From assembly GCA_964291655.2 (NCBI GenBank), contig OZ219802.1, positions 480,001-544,000 on the forward strand: 64,000 bases of DNA. The letters are read 5' to 3'. The DNA is from Chloroflexota bacterium. Lineage in GTDB: Bacteria; Chloroflexota; UBA11872; VXOZ01. The first letter of the stretch is position 1, and every line of letters starts with the position of its first letter. Under the pieces are notes generated by a model. The model saw nothing but the letters and a program-made list of their open reading frames with translations. It did not search any database and was not told the origin of the DNA. Both the position numbers and the translations under genes were made by a program. Shown here piece after piece: positions 9,980 to 19,404 of this stretch.

Positions 9980-10501
9980 CTATTCTTGTGGGTTCTCTTC
10001 CGGCTGACCTTCTTCTGCCGTGCGTCCTGCAAGGTCGCGGTCGAGTTCGAACATGCCGCTTGGCGAATCTTGAAGGAGCCTGACTTTCTTCAGAAGGTCA
10101 CGGGAAACGCGCTCTTCTTCCACTTGTTCGAGGAGGAACCACTCGAGCTCCACGAGCGTCGTGTGGTCGCTCTCTTTTTCGGCCAGGTCTGAGAGATTGT
10201 GGAACATGCGCGTGACCTTTTGTTCTTGCGCCAAAACCTGCTCAAACACCGCCAATGGGGACTCGAATGAGCCTGGCGCTTCAATGTCCTGAATCTCTAC
10301 AGCGCCACCCCGGTCCACGACAATACCTATGATGCGCAGCGCATGTTGACGCTCCTCATCGCTCTGCAAACGCAGCCAGTGTCCAAAGCCGCGAAAGGCC
10401 AACGAATCAAAGTATGCTCCCATTGCCAAATAGAGATTCGAGGCGTAGAGTTCGGCTGTAATCTGCTTGTTGTACGCTGCTTCGATCTTCTCCGAAATCA
10501 T
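9980..10501 (-). CDS. ftnA: non-heme ferritin
   Basis: Ferroxidase residues in ELYASNLY, QSDEERQH, EQKVT and EQVEEE. SD GAGG upstream of ATG 10501. Confidence 0.9.
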   Translation of the reverse strand: MISEKIEAAYNKQITAELYASNLYLAMGAYFDSLAFRGFGHWLRLQSDEERQHALRIIGIVVDRGGAVEIQDIEAPGSFESPLAVFEQVLAQEQKVTRMFHNLSDLAEKESDHTTLVELEWFLLEQVEEERVSRDLLKKVRLLQDSPSGMFELDRDLAGRTAEEGQPEENPQE

Positions 10502-11000
10502 CGTCAGATCCTCTTCTAATCTGCGGGAATGCCCCCAAATTGGTAACCGTTCCATCTCATTATACTTGAGAACTAACCGACAACATCATCCCAATGGAAT
10601 TACTCTTGGCTGTGCGAGCTGAAGGCAATTCTAGTGGATCCCTGTCTCCTGCCGCACTTGGGAGAATCCACCGCAATTGGAGAAAACTACCGAGCTCGAC
10701 AAGCTCTGTAGCGAAGAGAGTCCTGATCTCGGTAACTCAGTCGCGGCAACCTGTAAAACCTTGAATTCCAGAAATCTAGCTAAGTATATATAGCTTACGA
10801 ATTGACCAATCTCCGTGCTCCGCGGTTCGACCTGCTGCCACGTGGCCGGATCGGCAGGGCCGGCACTCTACAAACAGGGCGGAGAATGGTACGGTAGTAG
10901 TAGACAGAGATGTAATGAATCGTCCGGGCTGTTGCCGCTAGCGCAGGCAGCACCGGCAAGTAAAGCAAAGGCGTAAGGCAGGCCACAAGGAGGCAGAGGC

Positions 11001-12038
11001 ATGTCAGTCTATGATCGCGGCGGGCCGCAGGGCGGGCCGCCGGATGATGAAGACAATGAAGATTTCGGAGAAATGCTCCGTCAAACCCGAGAACGGGCCC
11101 GACGGTTACAGCGCTTCATTTTTCTCGGCGTTATCGTCGCGGTGGTGCTCTGGGTAGGGTCGGGCGTGTACATCGTGGACCCCGCCGAACAGGGCGTCGT
11201 GCTCCAATTCGGACGGCACGTGAATACCTCTTCGCCTGGCGTGAACTATCACCTGCCCTGGCCGATCCAGAACGTGGTGATCGTCGATATTGCGAACGTG
11301 CGCCGTGCCGAAATCGGCTTCCGCAGCGTCGAAGGTCAAGAGACGCGGCGCATCCTCGAGGAAGCGCTCATGCTTACGGCTGACGAGAACATCGTCGAGG
11401 TCGGAATGCTCGTGCAGTATCGCGTGAAAGACGCTGCGGCGTTCGTATTCAACGTGAACAATCCGGAGGCCGTACTGCACACCACTACGGAAGTAGCCCT
11501 GCGTAGCGCCGTAGGCAAGATGCCGATTGACGGCGTGATTACCGAACGACGCGCGGAAGTTCAAGAAAATACGCGCGCATATCTCCAGGAACTCATCGAC
11601 GAATACGATGCGGGCATCCTGATCACCGACGTACGCCTGCAAGTGGCAGACGCGCCCGATCAAGTGCGTGATGCCTTCCACGAGGTAGTGCGTGCGCGTG
11701 AGGACCGTGAGCGCAAGGTAAATGAGGCCCAGGCCTACCGCGAGGACGTGGTGCCGCGGGCACGCGGTGAAGCGGAACGCATTCTGCAGCAAGCCCTGGC
11801 TTACCAGGAAGAACGTGTGCGCAGCGCACGCGGTGAGAGCGAGCGCTTCCTCTCAATTCTGGAGGAATACCGGCGCGCTCCTGAAGTGACCCGCGAACGC
11901 ATGTACATCGAGGCGGTCGAGCTCGCCATGGCGAGAGTGGAGAAGGTATTGATTTCGCAGTCCGATAGCGGCGTCCTGCCTTTCCTCCCGCTACGTAGTC
12001 TACAATCTGGTTCCCAACCATCAAGCATTAGCCAATAA
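11001..12038 (+). CDS. hflK: FtsH modulator HflK
   Basis: Single TM then SPFH domain (GVVLQFG, LTADENIV, VVPRARGEA, PEVTRERMY). SD AAGGAGG. Confidence 0.92.
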   Translation: MSVYDRGGPQGGPPDDEDNEDFGEMLRQTRERARRLQRFIFLGVIVAVVLWVGSGVYIVDPAEQGVVLQFGRHVNTSSPGVNYHLPWPIQNVVIVDIANVRRAEIGFRSVEGQETRRILEEALMLTADENIVEVGMLVQYRVKDAAAFVFNVNNPEAVLHTTTEVALRSAVGKMPIDGVITERRAEVQENTRAYLQELIDEYDAGILITDVRLQVADAPDQVRDAFHEVVRAREDRERKVNEAQAYREDVVPRARGEAERILQQALAYQEERVRSARGESERFLSILEEYRRAPEVTRERMYIEAVELAMARVEKVLISQSDSGVLPFLPLRSLQSGSQPSSISQ

Positions 12039-12050
12039 AGGAGGTGCCGC

Positions 12051-12968
12051 ATGGGACGCACGCTAACTGTTATTGTTGCCCTCGGGGCACTGGCCTTGTT
12101 CACATTCTCGCAGGTGACGTTTGTCGTCACCGAGACCAATCAAGCCATCATCCTGCAACTTGGCGAATATCAGTACACAGCCAGGGACCCGGGGCTGTAC
12201 TTCAAGCTGCCCTTTGTCCAGGATGCTGTGTACTTCGATCGACGCTTGCTCTCCAGTGACGCTGAACCACAGGAGTATTTGACTCTTGACAAGAAGCGTG
12301 TGCGCGTGGACCACGTTACACGCTGGCGCATCGTTGATCCGCTCAAGTTTTTTATTAGCGTACAGAATGAGAACGGTGCCCGGGCACGCTTGGACGACGT
12401 GGTGTTCTCAGAGCTGCGACGCACGCTGGCGACATTTAACTTCGACGTTATGATCGCCGGCGAGCGCGAGAATATCATGGAGGCCGTCACGATTGCCAGC
12501 CGTGTGCGCGCCTTGGACTTCGGCATCGAGGTAATCGATGTACGCTTCAAGCGCGCCGACCTGCCGGAAGAGGTCGAGGAGAGCGTCTTCGAGCGCATGA
12601 AGGCCGAGCGCACGCGGGAAGCCAACCGCTACCGCGCCGAGGGTGAGGAGCAAGGCGCTGAAATCATGGCTTCGGCAGACCGCGAGCGCATCGTAATCGT
12701 CGCGGAAGCCGAAGAAGAAGCGGCGCAAATACGGGGGGAAGGCGACGCTGAAGCTATCGCCATCTACGCCAATGCCCTCAACCAAGACCCTGAATTCTTC
12801 GCCTTCCGACGCCGACTTGAAGCCTACGTCAAGGTGTTGCAGGAAGGCGACATACTTGTGATTTCGCCGGACAGCGAGTTCTTCAAGTATCTCGTCGATC
12901 CTTCACCGCAGCGAGACGTGGGAACGGCGCCGCCGGTGCTGAGCCCAACGCTTGAAGAAGACGAGTAA
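12051..12968 (+). CDS. hflC: FtsH modulator HflC
   Basis: PGLYFKLPF, RMKAER, IRGEGDAEA, DPEFFAF; directly after hflK. Confidence 0.92.
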   Translation: MGRTLTVIVALGALALFTFSQVTFVVTETNQAIILQLGEYQYTARDPGLYFKLPFVQDAVYFDRRLLSSDAEPQEYLTLDKKRVRVDHVTRWRIVDPLKFFISVQNENGARARLDDVVFSELRRTLATFNFDVMIAGERENIMEAVTIASRVRALDFGIEVIDVRFKRADLPEEVEESVFERMKAERTREANRYRAEGEEQGAEIMASADRERIVIVAEAEEEAAQIRGEGDAEAIAIYANALNQDPEFFAFRRRLEAYVKVLQEGDILVISPDSEFFKYLVDPSPQRDVGTAPPVLSPTLEEDE

Positions 12969-12999
12969 CGGGCACGAGCGTTGCAACAGAGTAGACGAC

Positions 13000-13035
13000 A
13001 AGAGGGCTGCCGGTCGCATGACCGGCAGCCCTCTT
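13000..13035 (+). terminator. perfect 16-bp stem hairpin after hflC
   Basis: AAGAGGGCTGCCGGTC-gcat-GACCGGCAGCCCTCTT. Confidence 0.65.
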
Positions 13036-13074
13036 CCTATGCAACACAACCTGAGTGTCGCCACAGGAGGCAGC

Positions 13075-13102
13075 CGTCATTCCGGCGAAAGCCGGAATCC
13101 AG
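13075..13102 (+). repeat. REP-like palindrome (GTCATTCC...GGAATC type)
   Basis: CGTCATTCCGGCGAAAGCCGGAATCCAG; a related element lies at 55289-55380. Confidence 0.7.
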
Positions 13103-13225
13103 CCTATGTTGAGGAATCGCTTCGCAATCACCACCCAAAGGGATAGGAGTAGCTGGAAAACCCCGCGGCGCTCGTGGAGCATCCGGTCAGGCCCGCTGGC
13201 CGGTTCCCGGCATTCCCACGCGGAG

Positions 13226-13234
13226 TGCTATACT
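13226..13234 (+). promoter_or_regulatory. extended -10 promoter for tRNA-Arg
   Basis: TG-C-TATACT ending 18 nt upstream of the tRNA 5' end. Confidence 0.5.
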
Positions 13235-13252
13235 AGAGACAGCACATAGCAT

Positions 13253-13328
13253 GCCCCGTTAGCTCAGTGGATAGAGCACTGGCTTGCGGAGCCAGGGGTC
13301 GAGCGTTCGAGTCGCTCACGGGGTACCA
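13253..13328 (+). tRNA. tRNA-Arg(GCG)
   Basis: Acceptor stem GCCCCGT/ACGGGGT, anticodon arm CTGGC-TTGCGGA-GCCAG, T-arm GAGCG-TTCGAGT-CGCTC, CCA end, 76 nt. Confidence 0.93.
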
Positions 13329-13503
13329 ACGAAGGCCACATGACTGCGGGTTGCCGCATGCTGGTGGATTTGCCCACTTGGCAAGACAGCGCATTGCGGA
13401 ACCCGGTGGCCTGACAGCCTTGTGTACAGTTGCCACATTGCGGTAGACGCCAAGCACCCATGTCGCGCTTGTCAACCCCTACCGGACTCCTTCACCAGAC
13501 CGC

Positions 13504-14400
13504 TTACATCATCCCGTGGCCGAAGGGGTCGTCGCCGATCCAGCGTTCGTCGGCGGGTTCGCTGGCAAGTTGGTAGCGGGTGTCGGTGGAGAGGCGGATG
13601 CGGTTCTCCGGGCTTTCGTTATCGATAGCGCAGTGGAGCGTGAACATACCAAAGACGAGCAGATCCCCCGGCTCGAACTCCGTAGTAAGCCAGCGCCCCC
13701 CGTACCGCTGCTGCGGCTGATTCGGGTTCTTTGTCAGCCAACCGCCGCCGTAGGGATTCTTATCCTTATCCCTGTCCACGTCGATCTTGCCGTAAGTATT
13801 CTGTAACTCGTGCCATTTGTGGGAGCCCTGCAGTATCGCCAGGGGACCGTCAGCCAACGGCACCGCACCCTGCGGTATCCACGCGGTCATGAGTTTCGGC
13901 GTGCCGCGTCCCATGTACACCCAGTCGAAGTGGCAGCCGGTAGCCGCCCCGCGCCTCACGTTCCTCACCCAAACGTAATCAAGATGCAGCACCTCATCAC
14001 CAAAGAACTGCTCGAAGAACTCCATGACCCGGCCGGAGAAGCAGACCTCACTGAGCGCCGGGCCTGAACGCAAGTTTCGTGCGAACTCCTGACGATCCGT
14101 CGCGCTGATGCCGCTGGTATCACCCGAAAATATGGATTCCATGAAGGGTTCGGAACGATCAATCAGGCCGATCTCATCGAGCTTGCCGATCAGTTCTCGG
14201 CGCGCCGCCAGCACCTTCTCCTTGTCCAAATAACCGCGCAGGAGCAGATAGCCGTCCTCTGCGAACCGCTCGTGGAGGGCGGCAGTGTCGCCTAACAAAC
14301 TCTTAGAGTCTCGCAACTCCCCAAACGTCTCATTCGAGAGGTCGAAGGCATTACCATTGGACGTTAAGGTATCCGGTAGGACCGTCGTCTTCATCGCCAC
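13504..14400 (-). CDS. phytanoyl-CoA dioxygenase (PhyH) family Fe/2OG oxygenase, copy 1
   Basis: EDGYL, HxD (CHFD), TAWIP, PGDLLVF..TLH, IRLSTDTRY. The GTG-GCG-ATG start mirrors copy 2. Confidence 0.88.
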   Translation of the reverse strand: MAMKTTVLPDTLTSNGNAFDLSNETFGELRDSKSLLGDTAALHERFAEDGYLLLRGYLDKEKVLAARRELIGKLDEIGLIDRSEPFMESIFSGDTSGISATDRQEFARNLRSGPALSEVCFSGRVMEFFEQFFGDEVLHLDYVWVRNVRRGAATGCHFDWVYMGRGTPKLMTAWIPQGAVPLADGPLAILQGSHKWHELQNTYGKIDVDRDKDKNPYGGGWLTKNPNQPQQRYGGRWLTTEFEPGDLLVFGMFTLHCAIDNESPENRIRLSTDTRYQLASEPADERWIGDDPFGHGMM

Positions 14401-14831
14401 CTTGCCAACCCTCCCGCTGTGCGTAGCTGCCACAAAACTGCGGAGCCGCTCCTGGTCGTTAGCGTGAATTGGCGTATGCCGCAGCTAGATCAATACTACA
14501 TTTTGCGCACAGCCACCGCAATCCGGCGGCACGCACCAACTAAACGATCTCTTCATCAGGTAATCTGGCGGGGTGAAAAGCAGGACAACACAACAGAGGC
14601 GCCACTTTGGCCCAAGAGCCGCAGGGCCTTGCCGGCTGACATGCGTCGTCAGCCAAGCCCAGCCGGAAACTAGCTTCGACGCCGATGAAAGGCTTGAGTA
14701 AGACTCACGAGCGAACCCGGAAATCGTAGCTGCTCCTGCTGCGGCCACTAGGTGGATTCAAGTACACCAATGCCCTAACCAATACCGCTAGCGCCCGGAT
14801 TCCTGCGGGTCGGCTGCCCAAAGGTCAGCGC

Positions 14832-15728
14832 CTACATCATGCCGTGGCCGAAGGGATCGTCCCCGATCCAGCGTTCGTCGGCCGGTTCGCTGGCAAGCTG
14901 GTAGCGCGTATCGGTGGAGAGGCGTATGCGGTTCTCAGGGCTTTCGTTGTCCAGTGAGCAGTGTAGTGTGAACATACCGAACATGAGCAGGTCTCCTGGT
15001 TCAAACTCAGTCGTGAGCCAGCGCCCGCCATAGCGTTGCTGCGGCTGACTTGGGTCTTTCGTCAGCGAGCCGCCGCCGTACGGATTCTTGTCCTTATCCT
15101 TGTCTACGTCAATCGCGCCGTAAGTCTGCTGCAATTCCTGCCACTTGTGGGACCCGTGCAGAATCGCCAGAGGTCCGTCACACAAGGGTACTGCTCCCTG
15201 GGGAATCCAAGCCGTCATAACGTTGCGCGTGCCGCGACCCATATACACCCAGTCGAAGTGACAGGGCGTAGCAGCTCCGCGTCGTCTGTTCCGCACCCAA
15301 ATGTAATTGAGGTGGAGCACTTCGTCCCCGAAGAATTCCTCGAAGAAGCTCATGATCCTGCCGGAGAAGCAAATCTCCTTCAGCGCGGGGCCGGAGCGGA
15401 GCTCGCGGGCAAATTCCTTGCGGTCCGAGGCGCTTATGCCGCTGGTATCGCCCGAAAAGACGGCGTCCATAAAGGGCTTACCGCGATCGATCAGGCCGAT
15501 TTCGTCGAGCTTTGCGATGAGCTCACGGCGCGCCGCCAGCACCTTTTTCTTGTCGAGATAGTTTCGGAAGAGCAAGTAGCCGTCCTCGGCAAGCCGCTCA
15601 TGAATGGCGTTCACATCCCCGAGCAAGCTGTTGGCATCCCGCAATTCGCCAAAGGTCTCGTTGGAGAGGTCGAAGGCGTTGCCATTCGACGTCAATGAAT
15701 CCGGTAGTACCGTCGTTCTCATTGCCAC
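14832..15728 (-). CDS. PhyH family Fe/2OG oxygenase, copy 2
   Basis: Same motifs; near-colinear paralog of copy 1. Confidence 0.88.
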   Translation of the reverse strand: MAMRTTVLPDSLTSNGNAFDLSNETFGELRDANSLLGDVNAIHERLAEDGYLLFRNYLDKKKVLAARRELIAKLDEIGLIDRGKPFMDAVFSGDTSGISASDRKEFARELRSGPALKEICFSGRIMSFFEEFFGDEVLHLNYIWVRNRRRGAATPCHFDWVYMGRGTRNVMTAWIPQGAVPLCDGPLAILHGSHKWQELQQTYGAIDVDKDKDKNPYGGGSLTKDPSQPQQRYGGRWLTTEFEPGDLLMFGMFTLHCSLDNESPENRIRLSTDTRYQLASEPADERWIGDDPFGHGMM

Positions 15729-16020
15729 CTGTCAAAGCCTCCCATTCTTCGCGACTGCCTACGTACGGCGACTACAATTGTGCATCTGCTTTACACGTGC
15801 CTGCTGCCCCCAAACCCATGCTACGATCTGCGCGGGCACTCCGCTATCTGTTGGCAGGCAATTACGTTTCATCTATTGTGCCGGAGATTGCCAGCAACGT
15901 TCCCATCGAGAACGAGCCGTTTCCGTTCTTGCAGGGCCGCCCACTCCGGGTGAATTTTCACCATGATTTGCCCAAGGTAACTAATCTCACGGCTCCGGCG
16001 CTTGCTGCCCGGACACGGCC

Positions 16021-18858
16021 TCAACCCGACGACTGTACCCCGGCCGCGATGCCGTTGATGGTCTGAAATATGCCTTCCAGCAATCGGCGCGCCTCTGCCG
16101 ATAGTTCATCCAGTGGCGTAGCTACCTCTGCAGCGAAACTCGTGCGCCACTCCTTCATCATTCGCACCTGCAAGCTGTGAAGCGGATCAACATAGGGATT
16201 GCGCAGCAGGATTGACCGTTGGAGGACCGGAGACGATTCCATGAGTTGCTCTTGTTCTGTAATCTGCAGAAGCGCCTGCCGCGTCCGCTCATATTCCTCC
16301 GCAATGGCAGAATAGACCTTGTCACGCACCGCTTCATCAACCACGAGCCCCGCGTAGAGCTTGGCAACCGACATGTCGGCGGTGCCGATGCTCAATTGAG
16401 CGTTGTCCACAAGCGACCGGAAGAACACCCAGCCCTTATACATCGCTCGCAAGCGCTCCAGGTTGCTCTCCTGCTCCTCGATGAATGACTGCAAAGCACT
16501 GCCCACACCATACCAGCCGGGTAAGTTATGTCGACTCTGTGTCCACGCGAAGACCCACGGTATCGCCCGCAAATCTTCCACGCGGTCGCCGCCTTTGCGT
16601 GACGACGGCCGCGAGCCCACATTCATGCGACTAATGTGCTCGATCGGCGTCGCTTGTTGGTAATATGTGCGCAGTTCCGGTGTCTCATAGATGAGCGATC
16701 TATACGCACGAAATGCGGTTTGCGATAGCGTCGCCATGGTGCCCTCCCAGTCCGGCTCCAGGGAGGCGCGCGACTTCAAAACACTCGGGCTTAGCCTTGC
16801 CAGGAGCATGGCGTGAATGACCTGCTCCAGATTGCGATGCGCCACGGCCTGCCTCCCGTAGCGCGAGAAGATCACCTCTCCCTGCTCCGTCAACTTCATG
16901 CCGCCGGCCAGAGAATCGGGTGGCTGCGCCATGATAGCGCGGTTTGTCGGACCGCCACCCCGGCCGAGCGCCCCGCCACGTCCGTGGAAGAGCTGCACGA
17001 TCACGTGATGTGCGCGGCATGCGGCAACGACTTGCCGCTGCGCACAATAGAGTTCCCAGGTAGCCGTCAGGAAACCGCCATCTTTGTTGCTGTCAGAATA
17101 CCCGAGCATCACTTCGAAACGGTCGTCCCAGCACCCCACGTGGGACCGGAAGACCGGGATCGAAAGCAGCGCATGAATGAGATCATAACCGCCGCGCAAG
17201 TCCCCGATGGTCTCGAGCAAGGGCACGATTTTGAGGCGACTCTCGCTTACCTCACCCTGGGCATCCACGTGCCAGAGTCCCGCCTCTTTGGCCAGTAACG
17301 CCACCTCGAGCACGTCACTCACGGCTTCAGTAAAGCTTATGACGTAGGTGTTGCAGGCTGCCATCCCCACTTCGGTCTGCATACGGGAGATGCTGACAAA
17401 AGTTTGGAAGGCCGCGCTGGCAGTGGAAGCGACAGAGAGGTCTTGGAAGCCTATGTTGGCCGGATCCGCGATAAGGCGCGTGAGCAACGCGACCTTGTCC
17501 GCTTCTACGAGATCGCTGTAAGCCGATGTGACGCCGGCGGCGGCAAGGAATTCGTCCAGTGCAGCTGCATGTACCCCGCTGTGCTCCCGCACGTCGAGAT
17601 CCACCAGGTGGAACCCAAACACCTGCACCCGTCGAATCACGTCCCGCAGGAGACCGCGGGCTATGCGGGCGCCACCGTTCTCTTCCAAACTGTCTCGTAT
17701 GAGCAGGAGGTCGTCAAGCATGGCGTTGGGTTCCTGGTAAGCCCCTGAAGCGGCAGCGCCGCCACCGGCATAGCGCCTTCTGGTGCGTTCCAGGCGCTTC
17801 TGCATCATCACAATCTTCGTCCGATAGGGTTCCATGATGTCTGTCTTGCGACCAACACCGGCGCCCGGTAGAGAAGCGCGGTCTCGCGCAATCGAGTCCA
17901 GCAACTCCTGTGAAACAGATGCGTAGTGTACCGAGGGGCTGAGCAAGCGCCACAACTCGTCGAGGTCTCGAGAATAGCGGTCGAGAATCAGCGACCGATG
18001 CATTCGCAGGGTCTCTTCGGTAACGGCTGGCGTTACAAAGGGATTGCCATCCCGATCGCCGCCCATCCACGAGCCAAAGGTCAGGAATCGCGGCATCGAA
18101 AACGTGTAGTCATCCGCGAATTGCTGTAGTGCATCTTCGAGTTCGTGATAGAGCCTCGGAATTACATTGAGCAGCACATGATCAAAGTAATAGAGCCCGT
18201 CATCGACCTCTCCCAAGACCGTCGGACGCTCCCAGGGTGTAATGTCGGTTTGCGCCAGGATCGTCACGATCTCAAGGATCTTCTCGTCGGTGCGGCGATC
18301 TATTGAAACATCCTGGCGCTTGCCTTCACGTTCGGCCAAACACGCCCGCAACAATTCAAGGAACACCAACAGGGTCCGACGCCGCACTTCCGTGGGATGC
18401 CGCGTGAAGACCGGCCGTATGGAGAGTAGCGCCAGAATTGGCGCAAGTTCCTCCGATGTGACGCCCTCACCCTTTAGGTTCACCATAGCGGCCGCAATCG
18501 ACTCATACCGCGGCTTGGGATAGCTGGCTCGCTCATTCTCACGCATGCGGCGCAGGCGGTGCTGCTCTTCCGCCGCATTAATGAGATAGAAGTAGAGCGA
18601 GAATGCCCGGGCTACCGCGAACATCTCTTCTTGCCGCAGACCTGCTACGGATTCTGCAAGCGGCTGCAGCGAGACCGTCGCCGTTGTGGTCCGCTGCCAA
18701 ATCGCGCGGAGGCGTATATCCTCCACCAAGTCCAGCAGTGACTGACCATGCTGCTCACGCAGCACCTTACCAAGCACACTGCCAAGAAAGTTTACGTCCT
18801 CGCGGAGTTGCTCGATTGGCACCCGTCGCAAAACAGTCTGTCTCGGTTCCATCTCCAT
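16021..18858 (-). CDS. ppc: phosphoenolpyruvate carboxylase
   Basis: HPTE, WMGGDRDGNP, MLGYSDSNKDGG, FHGRGG..GRGGGP, TEQGE, LRAIPWVF, RNPYVDPL. Confidence 0.95.
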   Translation of the reverse strand: MEMEPRQTVLRRVPIEQLREDVNFLGSVLGKVLREQHGQSLLDLVEDIRLRAIWQRTTTATVSLQPLAESVAGLRQEEMFAVARAFSLYFYLINAAEEQHRLRRMRENERASYPKPRYESIAAAMVNLKGEGVTSEELAPILALLSIRPVFTRHPTEVRRRTLLVFLELLRACLAEREGKRQDVSIDRRTDEKILEIVTILAQTDITPWERPTVLGEVDDGLYYFDHVLLNVIPRLYHELEDALQQFADDYTFSMPRFLTFGSWMGGDRDGNPFVTPAVTEETLRMHRSLILDRYSRDLDELWRLLSPSVHYASVSQELLDSIARDRASLPGAGVGRKTDIMEPYRTKIVMMQKRLERTRRRYAGGGAAASGAYQEPNAMLDDLLLIRDSLEENGGARIARGLLRDVIRRVQVFGFHLVDLDVREHSGVHAAALDEFLAAAGVTSAYSDLVEADKVALLTRLIADPANIGFQDLSVASTASAAFQTFVSISRMQTEVGMAACNTYVISFTEAVSDVLEVALLAKEAGLWHVDAQGEVSESRLKIVPLLETIGDLRGGYDLIHALLSIPVFRSHVGCWDDRFEVMLGYSDSNKDGGFLTATWELYCAQRQVVAACRAHHVIVQLFHGRGGALGRGGGPTNRAIMAQPPDSLAGGMKLTEQGEVIFSRYGRQAVAHRNLEQVIHAMLLARLSPSVLKSRASLEPDWEGTMATLSQTAFRAYRSLIYETPELRTYYQQATPIEHISRMNVGSRPSSRKGGDRVEDLRAIPWVFAWTQSRHNLPGWYGVGSALQSFIEEQESNLERLRAMYKGWVFFRSLVDNAQLSIGTADMSVAKLYAGLVVDEAVRDKVYSAIAEEYERTRQALLQITEQEQLMESSPVLQRSILLRNPYVDPLHSLQVRMMKEWRTSFAAEVATPLDELSAEARRLLEGIFQTINGIAAGVQSSG

Positions 18859-19128
18859 CGTCTACTCTGCAATCACTTTGCTACTCACTTCGCATGAAGG
18901 TACTTTCGTCTAGAGGAAGACTCGCAGTCCGGTCTCGCACACCCGGCGACACAGTTAGGTACGCAGGGGAGAGCGTTCAAACTAATGATGCCACACTTGC
19001 AAGCCAAATGACCGCACAACAATTGTAAGCCCGTTACGCAAGTCATTCGCGTATGGTCGTGGCTCCCTTGACTGCAAAGCCGCCGGCTGCTTCTCAAGCT
19101 TAGCCACGTCGAATCGAGAGACATTGAC

Positions 19129-19404
19129 GAGAAGCAATCTCACAGTTTGATTCGCCATGCCGTTTCGTGCTTCGATCCTTCGGCAAGCTCAGGACAGGCA
19201 AGGTCTTCGCGCAGCAGGCTTCGCGCAGCAGGCTTCGCGCAGCAGGCTTCGCGTAGGAGGCTTCGCGCAGCAGACTTCACGCAGCACTCAGCCCGAAACG
19301 GATGGTTGCCTTTACCGTTCGCCCCCGTGTCAAGTACGGGGCAGGCTCTGAGCCTGTCGAAGGACACATTTGCACAGGGCCAGGCATCTATGAGATCAGT
19401 CCTA
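19129..19404 (+). mobile_element. MITE-like composite element, copy 1, with nested insertions and a 14-bp tandem array
   Basis: Imperfect terminal IRs (..AATCTCACA / TATGAGATCAGTCCTA). Internal TTCGA..CTCAG..AACGG and CCGTTCGCCC..CTGAGCCTGTCGAAGG modules shared with 55037-55193 and 59423-59564. Confidence 0.6.
19205..19286 (+). repeat. tandem repeat, about six 14-bp units (CTTCGCGCAGCAGG)
   Basis: Three exact units followed by three degenerate units. Confidence 0.9.

Noticed and set aside
9860-13328. tRNA genes as integration sites of an island
   Set aside because: No integrase and no duplicated tRNA 3' end was spotted in the window.
19205-19286. 14-bp tandem array as a CRISPR or coding repeat
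   Set aside because: There are no spacers, and the overlapping ORFs are low-complexity translations of the repeat.
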